DNA of 64,000 bases, taken from positions 1-64,000 of the IMG/VR virus record IMGVR_UViG_3300045988_019695. The stretch is one strand, 5' to 3'. Origin of the DNA: a virus. Position numbers and translations under genes: made by a program. Of the stretch, positions 1-15,000 are shown piece by piece. Numbering within the stretch: the first letter of the stretch is position 1; each line of letters opens with the position of its first letter. The notes beneath the pieces are model-generated. The model was not told the DNA's origin, made no database searches, and worked only from the letters and a program-made list of their open reading frames with translations.

Positions 1-3000
1 TGTCTTCTAAGCCTATTCATAAGAAACATTATGAGTATCCTTGTGTTCTGTACTAACATATTTGGCTAAATCTACAGTTTTATCATACAGATATTTAAAC
101 AATACAGGGGTACGTGCTTCTGTAATCTGAGAAATTTTACCATTAGACAAACCTGTAGATGGTAGATATATTTTTCTATATTTACCTGTATCCCATTCGT
201 CTTTAATAGCCTAAAACTCTGCATCTATAACCTTCTTGAAATCCTCTATATCAGAATCATTCCATCTACCAGCATCTCTTGTTCTACCAGTTGTAGGATC
301 ATACCAATGCTGCGTAGATACAGGCATAGCGTTATCCATACCTCTAATTACAGCCGCTGTTGTATTAGGGAACATCTTACCTAATCCATAAGTTCTAGCG
401 TACTTACTATCGTTGCTTATAAGATTACTACCAGAAGTTCTATTTGTGTTATCTCCGAATACATATAACACATCAGGATTATCATTAACTTCCTATCTGG
501 TCCAGTTTCCTGGATGATACTCAATCTTTCTCTCAGCCTGTTTAGGTAAAGATGGGTTCTCTATATCTCCTGTATAAGGATTAGATACCGGTACACTAGA
601 TATAACAATAGCAGTCTTTCTAGGTCTTGTTAAAGCGGTATAGATAAGCTCTGATTTCTCTTGGTTAGAAGTAGCCGTTGTGCCCATTATATCCTTCTCG
701 TCCACAACTACGATATCGTATGTAGAACCCTAAGATTTATGAGCTGTAATAGCGTAACCAAAATCAACATCAGCATAAAGTCCTTTATATATCCAGAACT
801 ATCTCCAAAGCTCTCTTTTTAGTGGTCCGTTTGCTTGTCTCTTTGCTTTAGCAGCCATTTCCTACAGTATATCCTTGTATTTTGCAATATCATTTCTAGA
901 TACTACTTGTATTGTACAATTCTTTCGTTCTGTTCCATTGTGAACATCATATGCAGAACCATTTGTTTCGATACTTAGTATATGAATTCCATTTTCATCT
1001 TCTTCAATATCTTTTATTCCAGTAATCTGCATCTCTGTAGAATTTTCCATAGTAACATATGGCAATACATCGAATTGTTGATTCAAAATTATAAAATCAC
1101 CTTTTGAATAATCAGAATCCTTACCAAATAAAGTTTCGTGAATCTTCTGGTTTAATTCAGCCTTCTCGTTTACGTGATATGTTACAATCTTTACATGATT
1201 AGTAAGACCTTTATCTACGGCATTCTTTACGGCCTTTATTACTGAATTCAAAACCTCTCCTTCACTGTTGGAGAATAATAAAGATCCCTTATCTGTAATC
1301 TGATTATTTCTAACAATGTGTTGTGTAGGATTAAGTTCTGGATTTTCTTTCTAAGAGTTCTCCCAGAAATAATCAGCATATGGTAATATTGGATTAGCCT
1401 CACCCTATCTAACTCTAGTTATAAGCTTAGACTTGTGTTTACTATTAAATATGTCAGATTTTTTATTTAAAAGATCCTTATGTGTTCTATAGAATTCGCT
1501 TTGTTCATCTCTGATTGGCTGTATCTGACCTATATCTCCCAAGAATAACATCTAGAATGGTCTAGAAAGACTAGAGTTTATATCAATAATCTTTTTGAGA
1601 ACATCTTCTGTTATCATTGACGCCTCATCTATAACAAGCAATGCTGGAGGATTATCCAACAATGGAACTTTTAATCCTACCTGGAATTTAGTTGTCTATG
1701 TACCATTATCATTAATACCCTTCATTCCAAGCAAACCTGCTATACTGAAGAACTTTTTTCCTCTTGTATCTTCTCCAAAACTATTCTTTATTACACCTTT
1801 AGCTTTATGTGATACTGCTGCTACATATATCGACTCATCTTCGAACTCTTTAAGAATTTCTTTAGCTATAGTAGTCTTACCTGTACCAGCTTTACCTTCA
1901 ATAACATAATACTAAGCAGGATCAGTGTTAGTCTTTAAGAATGATACTGCATTTATAATAGCACTTTGCTATTCTTTGTTGTAAGTAATTCCTCCAGACT
2001 TACCTGTTGATCTAACAGTTGTAACATCAGTATTCTTTACAGGAGATTCTGTCTTAGTTTCTTCAGGCTCGAGTTTCTTTGCATCAATATAGAACTTCTA
2101 TTTAACCTCTTCAATAAGCTTTGCGTACTGCGCATCATTCTCTTGATAGCCAATATAGTTCATACCGAATTCGAAGTCACTATTACCAAATTCGAATATA
2201 TCATTTCCCTTAAAGTGTAATCCTCTCTTCTTACATAATGCGTAAATAGGTACTTCAGTTAAACTTGTATTACCAGTATCCTTATCTTTTATTCCGTCAA
2301 ATTTGCTTACACCAACCAATCTATAAAGTGATCTGTTAGAGTTATTGTTATCTTTTGTTGCAAACTCATCTTTTACAGTAATATATCTAGGATACTAACC
2401 ATTATCAAGTCTATTTATAGTTGTAACCCATTCACCTTTTCCATTCTATGTATATCCACATAAAGCGAAAGGCTTCATTAACTACGGGTCGTATATACCA
2501 GAGTCTGTAAAGTTTCTTTGGTTTTTACGTATATAATCATACTATGGAACAAAGTCTGTATCATTCCAATTATTCCTAAGTATATCGTCTATAATAGCGT
2601 TTCTAACATCGCTTTCAAGTTTTGTATTAAACTTATTTAACCAAAACTCTACATGTCCAACAAATCCACTCTTAATCTTCCATGAGTTAGGAACATATTT
2701 AAAGAATCTGTTGAAACCTGATTTCTCGCCAGATGTTAACCACGCATAAACTACAAGGTCTCTAGCAAAGTCCTTTAACTTCTAATCATCTGGATAATCA
2801 AGCAACTCTTCCCATGCATCAGTTAAATCATCTTGATTAAATGATGATTCTGATATACTGTGGAACGTACTAACAAACTTAGGTGCAGGATAAATCTGTC
2901 CATTATTACCAATAGTAGTTTCGTCTTTTACTTGATCAGATTCAACCAAAGATGTAAGCAGTTTATTGTTTCTTAAGTAGAACAACTTGTCATCAGGATT

Positions 3001-6000
3001 ATTAATCCTACGCTTTATGTTAGCAAGTCTGTCTGCTATCGTATTATTGCCAAAGAACAATCTGTTAACATCTATATTATTGGTTTGTGCGTAAGACCTA
3101 ATGAAGAGCGACTTAATACATTGTGAGATGTTTCTATCAAGTTTATTCGCTATATCTTCTGTCTATGAATAATTGTTCATAAACTGACCAAGCTATCCAA
3201 CTAATGAAGTGTAAGATGTAGTAGCCTCAAATACCTGTCCTGCAAGAATACTCTTCATAGCCTTCATGAATGAATTAGTCTTTTTATCAATCCAAGAGTG
3301 CGTCATCATCTTCATAACGCCTTCTGGTTCAAAAGATGTATTACCATTCTAAATATCTTTTAAGAACTGGTCATATTTATCTTTGTACAATAACTATTTA
3401 GCAAGCGTGTTACCCTATTTCTTTGTATCAATCTTAGTAAGCTATACAAGTTTTGAAATATCGTTTACAAATGGCTGTAATATATTCCACGCCTTATATA
3501 CCTATATCTAAGCCTTACAGAAGTCTGGATCCTTTAGCATATCTTCCTTGCTCGTATACTTAAGAGCATAATTCTTTAGATATTTATCACTCTTAAACAT
3601 ACTGTTTATTATATCAATTCTTCTCTAGTCGTGATCGACTGTATCAGTATTAGCAGAACTAATATCTGAGTTGATATAATTAATTTCTCTACGTATATCA
3701 GAGTTATTATAAAGTTCAGAATCGTTATTAACAGTAATACCTAAATACCCTGCTATATACTGTCTTAAAGCTTTCTCTGTAGCATCTTTCTAAGCTCTAT
3801 ATTTGCTCTTCGTTAAATCTCTACCATAGTGTCCACTAGCAGCTTCTGCAGCAAATGCCATATCCTTGATAATAGGCTGTGTGATAAACCAAACTGAATT
3901 GTCAGCCTAACCTGTTCTAACAAGGAAATTAAGCATATTGTATGTAAAGCTATTTACATTTATCTTTGATACATATGGATCCTTTACGATATCACAGTGA
4001 GCATTAATAAATGCAGACAACCAAGACATAACAGCATTGCCATTCTTGTCATCACGTAAGTCTATACGCTTAAATGGAGTCTGCTTAGTAAATTCTGATT
4101 CCTTTAATTTGACTCCATAAACCATAGTAAGAGCCTAGTTTGTTACATTAAGAGCAAATGGTGCAATACCAAGTTTACCTGTAATATAATCTCTACGTCT
4201 ATCAGTCTATTCATGGAGTGTATAGAAGTTATATGGCAATGTTTTTGTTGAGCCTGCACTTTCGAATTGATTAGCTATACTTTCTACAAGTTCTGTATCA
4301 TTATCAATAGACCTCATAGCTATCTATATAGAGTTTTCATTATCCTTGAGAAGTGTCATATAGTTTTCAAGAAGCTTGTTCTAATGATACTGTTTTGTAT
4401 CTTTATCAAACTCTATGCTAGCTTTATTGCCTTTTACATTATATGCTAAAGATGCTAAATACAACTTATCGATATCAAAATCTGAACCTGTTACTTTAGT
4501 AAACTCTCTAGGAAGAATTATAGTATCCTTTACAACAGGAAGTACATCTACAAATCGTAAAGCATGTATAGATGATTGAGCCTGCGTAGGAATACGGTAA
4601 CCGATAGTATTTGCTTTTACATCACTTCTATTACCAATAATCTTATTATCAAACAACCATTTTCTAGCCTAATCAAAAGACATACCTTTTGGTATTATAT
4701 GCTCAAAATAGTCTATAGATATAACAGCGTCCATACTGCCATCATTGTTTACGAACTGTAACTATTTACCCTCGTTTAGAGTCTGCCAGTTAATAAGTTT
4801 TTTAGCAGCAGCTGGTAATTTGTCGTACTCATCATCAGAAATTATATTACCCTCCATAGCGAATACAGATCTCTGATAGAATGCGTTTCCTGGAGTCTTA
4901 ACATCTATAATTCTCTTATTAAGAGCAGATGTAAGAATACTCTCTATCCAGTGCGGATCAGACTGGGCGGCAAGTGGCACATTTAAGTGTTTACTACCAT
5001 CAGCATCGTCAACCTTAATTGTAATGGCATCAATTGTATTCTTGTTAGCATTTCTTGATGTAAGCTCATCATTTAAAAACTTAGCGAACTTTTGGATATC
5101 AAGCTCGTCATTAGTAAAGAATAAGTCATCTACTTCTTTGACACCAATATCTGAAAGCTATTTTATAGAATCCATGATATTATCAAGAATCTAAGATCCA
5201 GAAATAGCATCTCCTGTAAGAGAATCTGTATAATTAGTTCTATCCAATATCAAACTAGCAAGTGCTACCTTAGCCGGCTGTGTACCAAGATTCATCTCAG
5301 TTTTACCATTAGGGTCAGTATTAAGCTGCTTTCTAAGGTATCTGAGATCCTGCTTAAATGTAACAAATGGCTCTTCTATTCCTTTTCCCTATTTAAATTC
5401 AGAGTTATGTTTATTACCAACCTTTACGGCAGAATCAAACAAAAGCATATCTACGCCTTCGTTTATCATCTTATTGTACACCTTTCCCATATCTCCCATA
5501 GCGATAGACGGGAATATAGGGAATAACGCCATCTTATTATAATAAGGAATAAGAAGACTTCCAAGCTGGTCATCGTTTCTATGTCCGAATGCACTGTACT
5601 TCTGAGCGCCAACAACAAACTCCTAAAGTTCAGTAAAGGCATCAGCTTTCTGTCTGAATGTATACTACTTATCTGGATCCCTAAGCATAGCAAACAGCTA
5701 TTTAGTTTTATTGTTATACAGTCCAAGAGATCTCAAAAGCTTTTCGCACATTCTATCTGTAATAAACGCAGAACCATCTGCTACGTTTATACCTTTTTCT
5801 GCATAAGCTTTATATTCTGCTTGATACTTCTTAGTTACTCTTGCCTTATCGCTTTCATCAAGATACTTATCTCTAAATTCTTCGAAATCTTTCTGTGTCT
5901 TATGCTCTGCATATGCTATTTCTGCCGCCTCTTTTTTACTCTTACCACTACGTACGAGTTTATTATATACGGCTTCTTTTGTATTAGCCTATACAAACAT

Positions 6001-9000
6001 CTTTTCAACGCTATTCTAGTAAGCATCGTCAATGTTGCCATCGTGCATCTTATCAGCTTCAGAAGATACCATGAAATCATCAACCTGTGCACATGTGTAC
6101 TATGATTCAGAATCATCCTGGAAGTCTGTTCTAGGGTTAGCTCCAGTAGAAATAAGTCCACCAAGACGCTTTAACTGGTCAGTCTGTCTATCTTCTAGCT
6201 CATTCTCGCTATACTTCCATTTGTAGAATGCAGGGTGACCACCGAACAATTTCTCTACCTCCTGTACAGAAATAATAGATCTTGTAGAAATATCTGACAT
6301 CATTGCTACAACTGCTGCAGCATTCATCTATTCAAGAGTTGTAATACCTTCTGTTCCAGCAAGAGACTGCCTAATTGAATTGAACTCATTCCAGCTAAGT
6401 CCAACATTCTGTAAAGAGTAATAGTTGTTTATATCACCTTTAACAAGTCCAAGTTTTATAGCCTTTTTAAGCTCCTCTTTAAACTAGATATCAAGAACTC
6501 TAGCCATTATATCTCTCTATTGTTCTCTACTCTTGTTAAAGAATTGCTCGTCAGCTAATTTCAAGCAGTCTATACTACTCTTTTTAGGATCATTAAACTT
6601 TATTCTTTTTCCATTATCATCAAGTATAGATGTAAGCGATGAGAATCTTGTGCCATTAGGCTCTACACTAACAGTTTCGCCTTTACTGTTTTTATACTTA
6701 TTAGGAGTATGATAATTCTTTATCTTTACAGTATCATCTATAGCTGTATCGCCTTCAAAGTATCCAAGCTAATGCATACATTCAAGTATAGCTGCTTTTT
6801 CATCCTTAGCGTAGTCTATAAATATATCCAAAACCTAATCAGATGGTCTTACTATAGTCTTACCAGTTGTATCTGTAACTATTCTAGGAAGTGCGCCAAG
6901 AAGCTCGCTTCTAATAGCTGCCTTCTATTCGTTATCAGAACTAGACATAAGCTTATTTATCAGCCTATAATCTATACCAGGAATCAAAAATCCATTAATA
7001 GCTTGATCTGAAGCCTGTAAATACATATATGTCTTCTTATCAGACATTGTAGGAAAGATCAATCCGCCACTAATAAGCATTGTAACCTTAGACATGTAGT
7101 CTTCTACTTTTGAAACCTAATTGTAATCAGAACCGTAATCATCATTCTGGTCAGTCTTAAATCCGGCATAATTATTCATAAGAATTTTAGCCATCTTATT
7201 GCCATCGTTCTGAGCTATTCTTCTAAGAACAATTGAATGCTTGTTGTAGCAGAAGTTCTATATTCTCTACTTGGCTTCATTATTAGGATTTTCGTCCTAT
7301 ATATCAGCAAGTATATCTGATACTGTATTATTTTCTCCCTAAGTATATGCCTTGTTATTATTGGTTAAGAGGTTCATCATTTCATTCTTAACTTTATTAT
7401 TCATAGACTAATACTTAGCAAGCTCGTTTACGAAAGAATCTTTGTTATACAGTGTATCGAGATCTACATTAATCTAACCAGCGTTTCCTATAACAGAATC
7501 AAGAAGATTTAAGAATTTACTTAAGCTTACAAGAGTTGTTTCATTAAGCATCTATCTAAATGAATCAGCGCTAAACTCACCATACTTGTTAATAAGCATA
7601 TAATTAATAGTATCGCTATCAATCTATATACCTATCTTATTAAGTGTTATGGTAATCTTATCTATAACCTCTGATAACTAAACAGGGCTTGTAATATCGT
7701 ATGTGTTATTACCTATCTTTATTTCATTACCAGCGTTAGCCTATGTCCATATATCTTTAATCCAGTTTGATGTACGCTTAAATATATCGTTTCCTGGAGC
7801 GTTGTAAACAACACCTCTTCTATCTCTGTTGAATAATATTCTACCATTCTGATCTCTTACTGTAGATACAACACCAGTAACACCATTAGCTAATCTCTTA
7901 GACCAGTCCTGTGAGAATTTAAGTGTATCTCTATCGACAGATAAGTTAGACATTCTTACACTAACATGACCATCTTTATCAGTAGACGATCTTGTCATCA
8001 TAAAGTTGTACTTCTAACCAACCAATGCCTGGAATACTTGTGTTACAACAACCTCTGCATTATAGTTGATTCCTTCTCCGGTTGTCTTATTGTAATCTAT
8101 ATATTGAGCCTAGAAATACTCATTAAACGTAGAATAGATATAGAAGAACATAGGATCTTGTGAAGCAAGTCTAGCTAATTCATCATGGAGCTCTTGAACA
8201 GTCTTTACATTATGGAGCTATTCGAACATCTTACTAAACACTTCAGTCTGAGGCATAAATCTAGGATCACCAAATAAGCTGTGTGATGTATCAAGCTCAA
8301 TTCCTTCTTTATGATTATTAGCGTTAGCCCACTTAACATATGGTACAGTTCCAAAGAAGAATTTAGCTTTTTGTGATACGCTTTGGAGTTTACTCATTTC
8401 GTAAGACTCCTTGCCAACATAATCCATATAAGCTCCAGCTGAACCAGCTTCAAGCTGTTCCTGCATATCTTCGTCATTAGTATTTCTAACAACACCTTCT
8501 TTGCTTATGTTAGCAATCTTAGCATAAACTCTATCAGCTATAACTGCAAAATTAGGATAATACTATTCCTTTCCTATAGCTACTCCATTTTTATCAGTTA
8601 TATACTTCTCTTTGCCTTGCTTAAATATTTCCTGGAATGCTTTAGCCTAAGCTTCTGGTACTGGAACTTCTGGATCTTCACCCATAAGCTATTTCATCAT
8701 ATCTACACCGATAAGCTTTTTAATATTTGTACCAGTAATTGTAAGCTGATCTATATTATCTCCAACAGCGTTAACCCTTCCCTCTTCTAGAGCCTTCTCT
8801 ACTATATAGAAAGCTATAGTTTCAACGCAATCATTGAGCTGCTCGTTGTTTAAGATATTTTCAAAGCTATGTTTCATGCCAGTCTTCTGATTGTAAACAT
8901 CATAATGAAGAGAATCACCAAACTTAGCTTTAAAACGTTCAAGATTTTCTTTACGTATCTTGCTTCCAGCTTTTGTTTTATACCATCCAGTAGCCATTAC

Positions 9001-12000
9001 TGCTGACAAAAGTGTAAGTCTAATACTTCCAAGATCTCTGGCAAATTGTACACCGGCTTTAATCTTCTAGAAAAGAGCTACTACTTTATTGTTTGAGAAT
9101 TCGTTGTCGTCATAGTTATTTTGAGCGTCCATATACAAATTTGCTAATCCTTCTGCGATCTCTGTATCAGATATCTTGTCATTACCTTCTCTATTCTTAT
9201 ACCAATTGTATATCTTTTCTCTTTCAGAAGGCCTCAACAACAACTCTAATACTCTATGGAATGCTTCGTGATACTATACACCGTCTACAACTCTATTGCC
9301 AATATAAACCATATCTGACATACATTTTCCGGCAACAGCCATATCTGCAGGTATATCATCATTTAACTATTTACCTATATCATAGTTACCTTCACCTATA
9401 ACGCGCTTTAAATACGCATCCATTCGCTCTCTATCGCCATCTGTTATATCTCTAAGCTTATTAGGCTGAACCTCTAATTTGAGTCCTCTAGATCGCTTTA
9501 AAAGATCTTTTAGAGAGTTTAGTCTAGGCATTGAGATTGAATCTTCTTTTTGCTGTTCGGTTAGTATATCGTCTATACGATCATCTTGTTTTGTATTAGG
9601 AACCAAGTATGGGCCTCTAAAATAAGTAGCAGTATAGTTCTAGCCGATAACAGATGTCTAGGTATACTGATGGCGCATAAGATAGCCGGCATACGTACTC
9701 TTTCTTCTTTCATTACCATCCTAGTCAAAGAAGTCGTCTCTACTAAACTCTAAGCCGTTTGGAGCAACAAATGTATTAGCGTTAGGATTATCTTCAAAGT
9801 AATGCTTTACATTGTTTATAACAGAGTTGTTCGTAAAGTTTAGCTATTGACTAAGCATAGTCTTTTCGAAGGCAACACCGACAGATCTCAAATCAGTTCT
9901 AAGTCTTTCTAAATCATGCTCGCTTGTAAGATCATATGATTCTCCTGTTCCATCTACATGCTTATTATTATCATCATATTGAGGTAATCCTATAATAATC
10001 TATTTGTTTGAAGAGAATGTTATTGTTCTAGTCTGATTTGTTCTGTAGTTAGGCTAATTATTTTCATTAACATGCACAAGCATCTTAATAAGATCATATG
10101 TATTGTATCCGTTATAATTAACCTATCCCTAAGCATAAGCTCTTAATAAGTCTACAAGAGAATCAGCTTGGTTCTAAGACAGCTTAGACTGATACAGTAT
10201 AACTGGAATTGTAGTCTAATTACCTTTCTTCTCATCGAAGTTTGTATGCCATAAATAGACTGTAGAACCTACAGACGTATTCTATGTTCCAACCCTGGCA
10301 CTATTTAAAGTATGTATAGGACTATTTAAGCCATCAAGACTCATTACGTTCATATTACCTTTCTTGTCCTATTTTACTATACCAATCTATTTGCTCTTAA
10401 GGTCAATAGAATACGTATCATCAAGACTCATTATGTTGCCAACAACAGAATGCAAACCTTCTACTGTTGGAGAATTTTCATTATAACCAACAAATGCAGG
10501 ATCGTAAATAAGCGATCCATTTGTTCTTGTAGGTATGACTCTTAACGAGTAGTTCTTATGTTTCTAACAGAACTTCCACAAATCGACGAGATGCTGCTGG
10601 TACCCCATTCTACTTTCGTCACCACCTTCATATATGTGCAATTCTATAGACTGCCCTTTATATGTAATCCTTAAGTAAGGTCTATTACTATACTCTGTAG
10701 CGTTTTTGAATATAATCTCAAACTTACCATTGGTAATAAAGTCTGGCTGATTACTCCACTCAACATAGGTTTTATTCTCCTACATGGCTTTTACTCCAGG
10801 TCTATGCAATGTTGTTCCAACACCTTGACCAGAGATGTAGTTATTACCACCTGATTCGTACCACAAGAACTCCTATTTATTAAGCTCTTCTGCTTCTCTA
10901 ATTATTGAAGCATCTGTATCCATGTATGAATCATCAAGCTACTTTCCATACTTATTAGCAAAGCCAGATATAAGCAATCTACCTCTATTAATATTGTCCT
11001 AAAGGACATTGTTCATAGGGTTATCTGGATTCTGTTCAATATAATCTTGAGCATTATTAAGCAACGTTCCGAAGTAGTTCTTAAGTAATCTCCAGTACCA
11101 ATCAGATTCAACTTCACCAAGATTCTGCTGGAATCTATTTCCATATAATCTTATGTAATCAGTTATCTTCTTATTATAATCAAGTGTAAGATTATCGCTT
11201 CCATTTGTTATAGTGTTTCTACTATCTCTTGGAAGTATTACATTGTCTTTTGCATACTTAGTAAACCACCAATCAAGTATCTCTTCGCTAGCGTCTCCCC
11301 ATATAGATTTATTGTTATTAAACTTCATAATAACATTATCTATGAGGTCTCTCTCCTAAGATACATTTACAGCCTAAGCTTCATTATCCTATAATAGATT
11401 ATCAAGAGCTATTTCTGCTCTCATTAACTGTATAGATAAATCGTTTATAGCATCTCTTTCTGGCTGTGTAGTAGGCTTTACATCAGCTATTGTACTTGCT
11501 ATTGCATCAAGTGTGTTACAAGCATCTTCAAGCTCAAGAACTAACTAAGCTACAGTCTTTGGAAGATCATTGTAATCTGTTACTAATGGATCTTGTGGAA
11601 TATCCTTCTAATTATTCAGATTGTTTAACTAATCAGTAAGATCACTATATACCTAATTTGTGTTCTGTATTATGTTACCAAGCTGTTTTATAGCACCTTT
11701 TAACTAATCTTCAGTTGTAAATTTGTCTATATCCAATATATACTGTGATATACTCGTCTTATCAAATGGAGTTAATGATTGATCTGCAATCTTCTGTATA
11801 GCTGATTCAATATTATCTATATTTGACAGATTTTGCTTTACATGCTGTACTAACTTATCTACGTTTTGTTTAAGCTATTCTACTTTGTCTGACTAATCGT
11901 TTTTAAGATAATCCTAAACGCTACCAACATTAAGAACTGCCTCTTCTGAATCAAGATTTTCTACAATTGTTCCAGCTTGTTCTTTAGATTTACTAAGATA

Positions 12001-15000
12001 TACATATGATAGCATTCCGCTTAAATCTGGAATATCCATAGCATCTAATGGCATGTCTTTAATGTCGTCAAGGAACGTTTTGAAAGAATAATATCCCTAC
12101 TGCGTACCATAAGCAACAAGTTTTGCAAGAGTTGATAAAAACTTAGGACTTATACCAGAATAAGCTTCTCCAGATCTAGCCCATTCCTTGATAGCAGCTT
12201 TCATCTTAGACTTAAGAAGTCGTTTCTTAGCCTCTATTTTAGCTCTTCTTTCATTTCTTTCTTTCCTTTGTTCAGAAAGATTATTAAGCCTTTCAAAAGA
12301 ATCTGTTAATTCGTCTTCAGGTTTAGATTGTTCTACAATTGCTCTATTAGGCTCTAATCCTGCATTAAGAAGCTAATCATTGATATAATCTTCGATTATT
12401 CTAGCATTATTTTCATTTCTGGTAATAATATTCTTATATCTCTTAGAAGACTATAACCATCTATTTATTTTATTATAGCTCTTTCCTCTAAGGATCATAT
12501 CGTCAATCTTGCTCTTGAGTTTTCCTACAGAACCAAGTTTGTCTTCTTTTATCTTAAGTTCAAGATCATCGTGAACATAAGGTCTATCAGTATTCTCAAA
12601 AGTATTATTTTCTACAGAATAATTGTTTTCTGGAGTATATACTTTATTTTCCTACTTTGTAAGTGATTCTACATGAGACTACGTGTCCTTGTGCTCTGTA
12701 TTTATTTCTCCGGTAGACGTATTATCCTGGTTCCATTTTTGTCCATAAGGATCATTAATAGCGTCTGCCAAAGCCCAATCTATTGCCTTATTTCGCTCTG
12801 TGGTAGCCATAACGTCGTCTATAAACTTACTGAATTTGGTATTACCATTTCCTTCGGCTTTTAAACCATCAGAGAACATCTTCTATCTATCCTCTATAAG
12901 CTTTGCATCTGCATTAAGAAGAGCTCTTACTCTGGTGTTCTCTTCTATATCATCAGAGAACTATTCAAGAGCTCCCATTGCATCAAGCTTATCCATTACT
13001 TGCGCATCATTAAGACCATCAAGATTAATACCAGACAGCTCAGATAATCTCTAAGAGATAATCTTTATATCGCTATCTATAGACTTGTGTATTTTAGCTG
13101 CATCTTCTCTTATGGTATGCAATCCAAACTTATCTCTAAGCATATTGAAGAATCCATCAGAAGTCTTGCAATCGGATCTAAGCTTAAGCAAACCTCTAAG
13201 CTATCCTACAAGTATAGTTCTTTGACGAAGATCCTCAACATTACTTATTCCGGTAGGGCCTGTCATTCTATTGAGTTTGTCCTATTCAGACTGTGCAGAT
13301 ATCAAATCTATCTCCTAGCCTAATTCCTCAAGAGACTAAGCATTCTGCTCAGCTTCTTTTCTAGCTTTATCAGCTCTCTGCTAAGCAAGGCTTTCTATAG
13401 ATGATCCGCTCTATCTTCTTCTTAATTCCTCATCAATAGCTTGATTAAACTGTACAGAATGTATAATCTAATTATATTCATCTATAGCCTTCTGTCTTTG
13501 ATCTCTGTTCTCATCAGAATTCTAACCAGTCTAATATACAGATGCTACAGCTGCAGCATATTTATCTGTGCCATATTGTATGCCATGCTTCTCCATTATA
13601 GCCTTAGTAGTAGGGCTTAATGTCATTCTCATTATATCCTATGCAGCTTTTATTGAGGAATCCCATTCATCGCTTGAATAAGTATGTTCCTTTCTTCTAG
13701 CGTCCTCCTGTTTAAGCTATTGCATAGTATTTAAGATCTATTCCATATTAGATCTACCTTTCATGGCTTCTTTTGCAAATAACTGTCCCTAAGCTCGTTC
13801 GTTTTGCATCATTACACGATTAGTAATACCAGCATTAAGTATTGCCTAATCTGCAGATATTTGACGTACAAGTCCAGGTATTTCTGATACAGCTCTCATA
13901 GCAACTGTATGTCCTCCTCCAAGAGCAAAGCCTCCTTTATAGTTCTACCAGAACTCTTCGTTGTCAAGAAGATCACTATCTCCTATTCCTAACTCAGCCA
14001 ATATTGCTGCCTATGTTCTAGATCCTGCGCTATATTCATTCGCAAATAAACTACCAAGACTAGGAAGCTCTCCAAGGCCCATCTGCTGCCTTTTAGCCTG
14101 CTCTGCATTAACATACTGTCTTGCCTCTTCTGCTGCCTCAGAGGCTGAAGAAATAGCCCAAACCTTACCCATTTTCAAGCCGTATGCAGAAAGCCTTCTT
14201 GCTGTCAATGGCATCTTATCCAGGATGTCTTGATAGTACTATCCTGCTCTATGTGTAGCTAATCTAATAAATGCCTGACCTCTTGTAGGAAGCGCTTTTT
14301 TAGCCTGATCTAATATAGCTTTTCCAAAACCTGTCATTGTACCATATACGTACCGACCTGTCATTCCGTGTCCTAAAACTGTAGCTGTTTCCTATCCTAA
14401 TCCGAATCCGCTTCTAAAGCTATCGTTAAATTCTTTTCTAAGAGTAGCATATCTGCTTCCGTTAACAGCATCTTTTGCAGTTTCTGCATAAGCATTTGTT
14501 GCTGCTCCTTCAACCGAGTGTTCTATTGTACCAGTAGCAGAATTAGCTGCACGTTTAATAGTTTTATTTGCAATCCAATTTATGGTTCCTTTTCCTGCCT
14601 TGTATAATTCTCTTCCGAAGATTCCAACCTGCAAACCCTTCTGTACCATGAGGTCTGATCCTGTTGTTATATTATCTTTTTGGAATAACGCATTACTTCC
14701 AGCAAGTGCCCTAAGTTCGGCTTTTCTGTACTCTGGATGATTTGATGTTATTATACCAGCCAATGCACTACGAAGTATTTCGTCGTCACTTTCTGTATCA
14801 GGATTCATATTAAGTCTAGGGTATACTTGCTTAGCCTTTTCTCTTAAGTCTTTTATTATATTCTAGTATTGCTCTTTGCCTCCAGCCATTAAATTTGACT
14901 TAAGCTTATCTACATTAGCATCACTAACTTCACCTCTGTTCTCAAACTTCGTATTTTCTATATCGAGACCAGTAGCAGTAGTGGCAACCTGTGATCCAAC

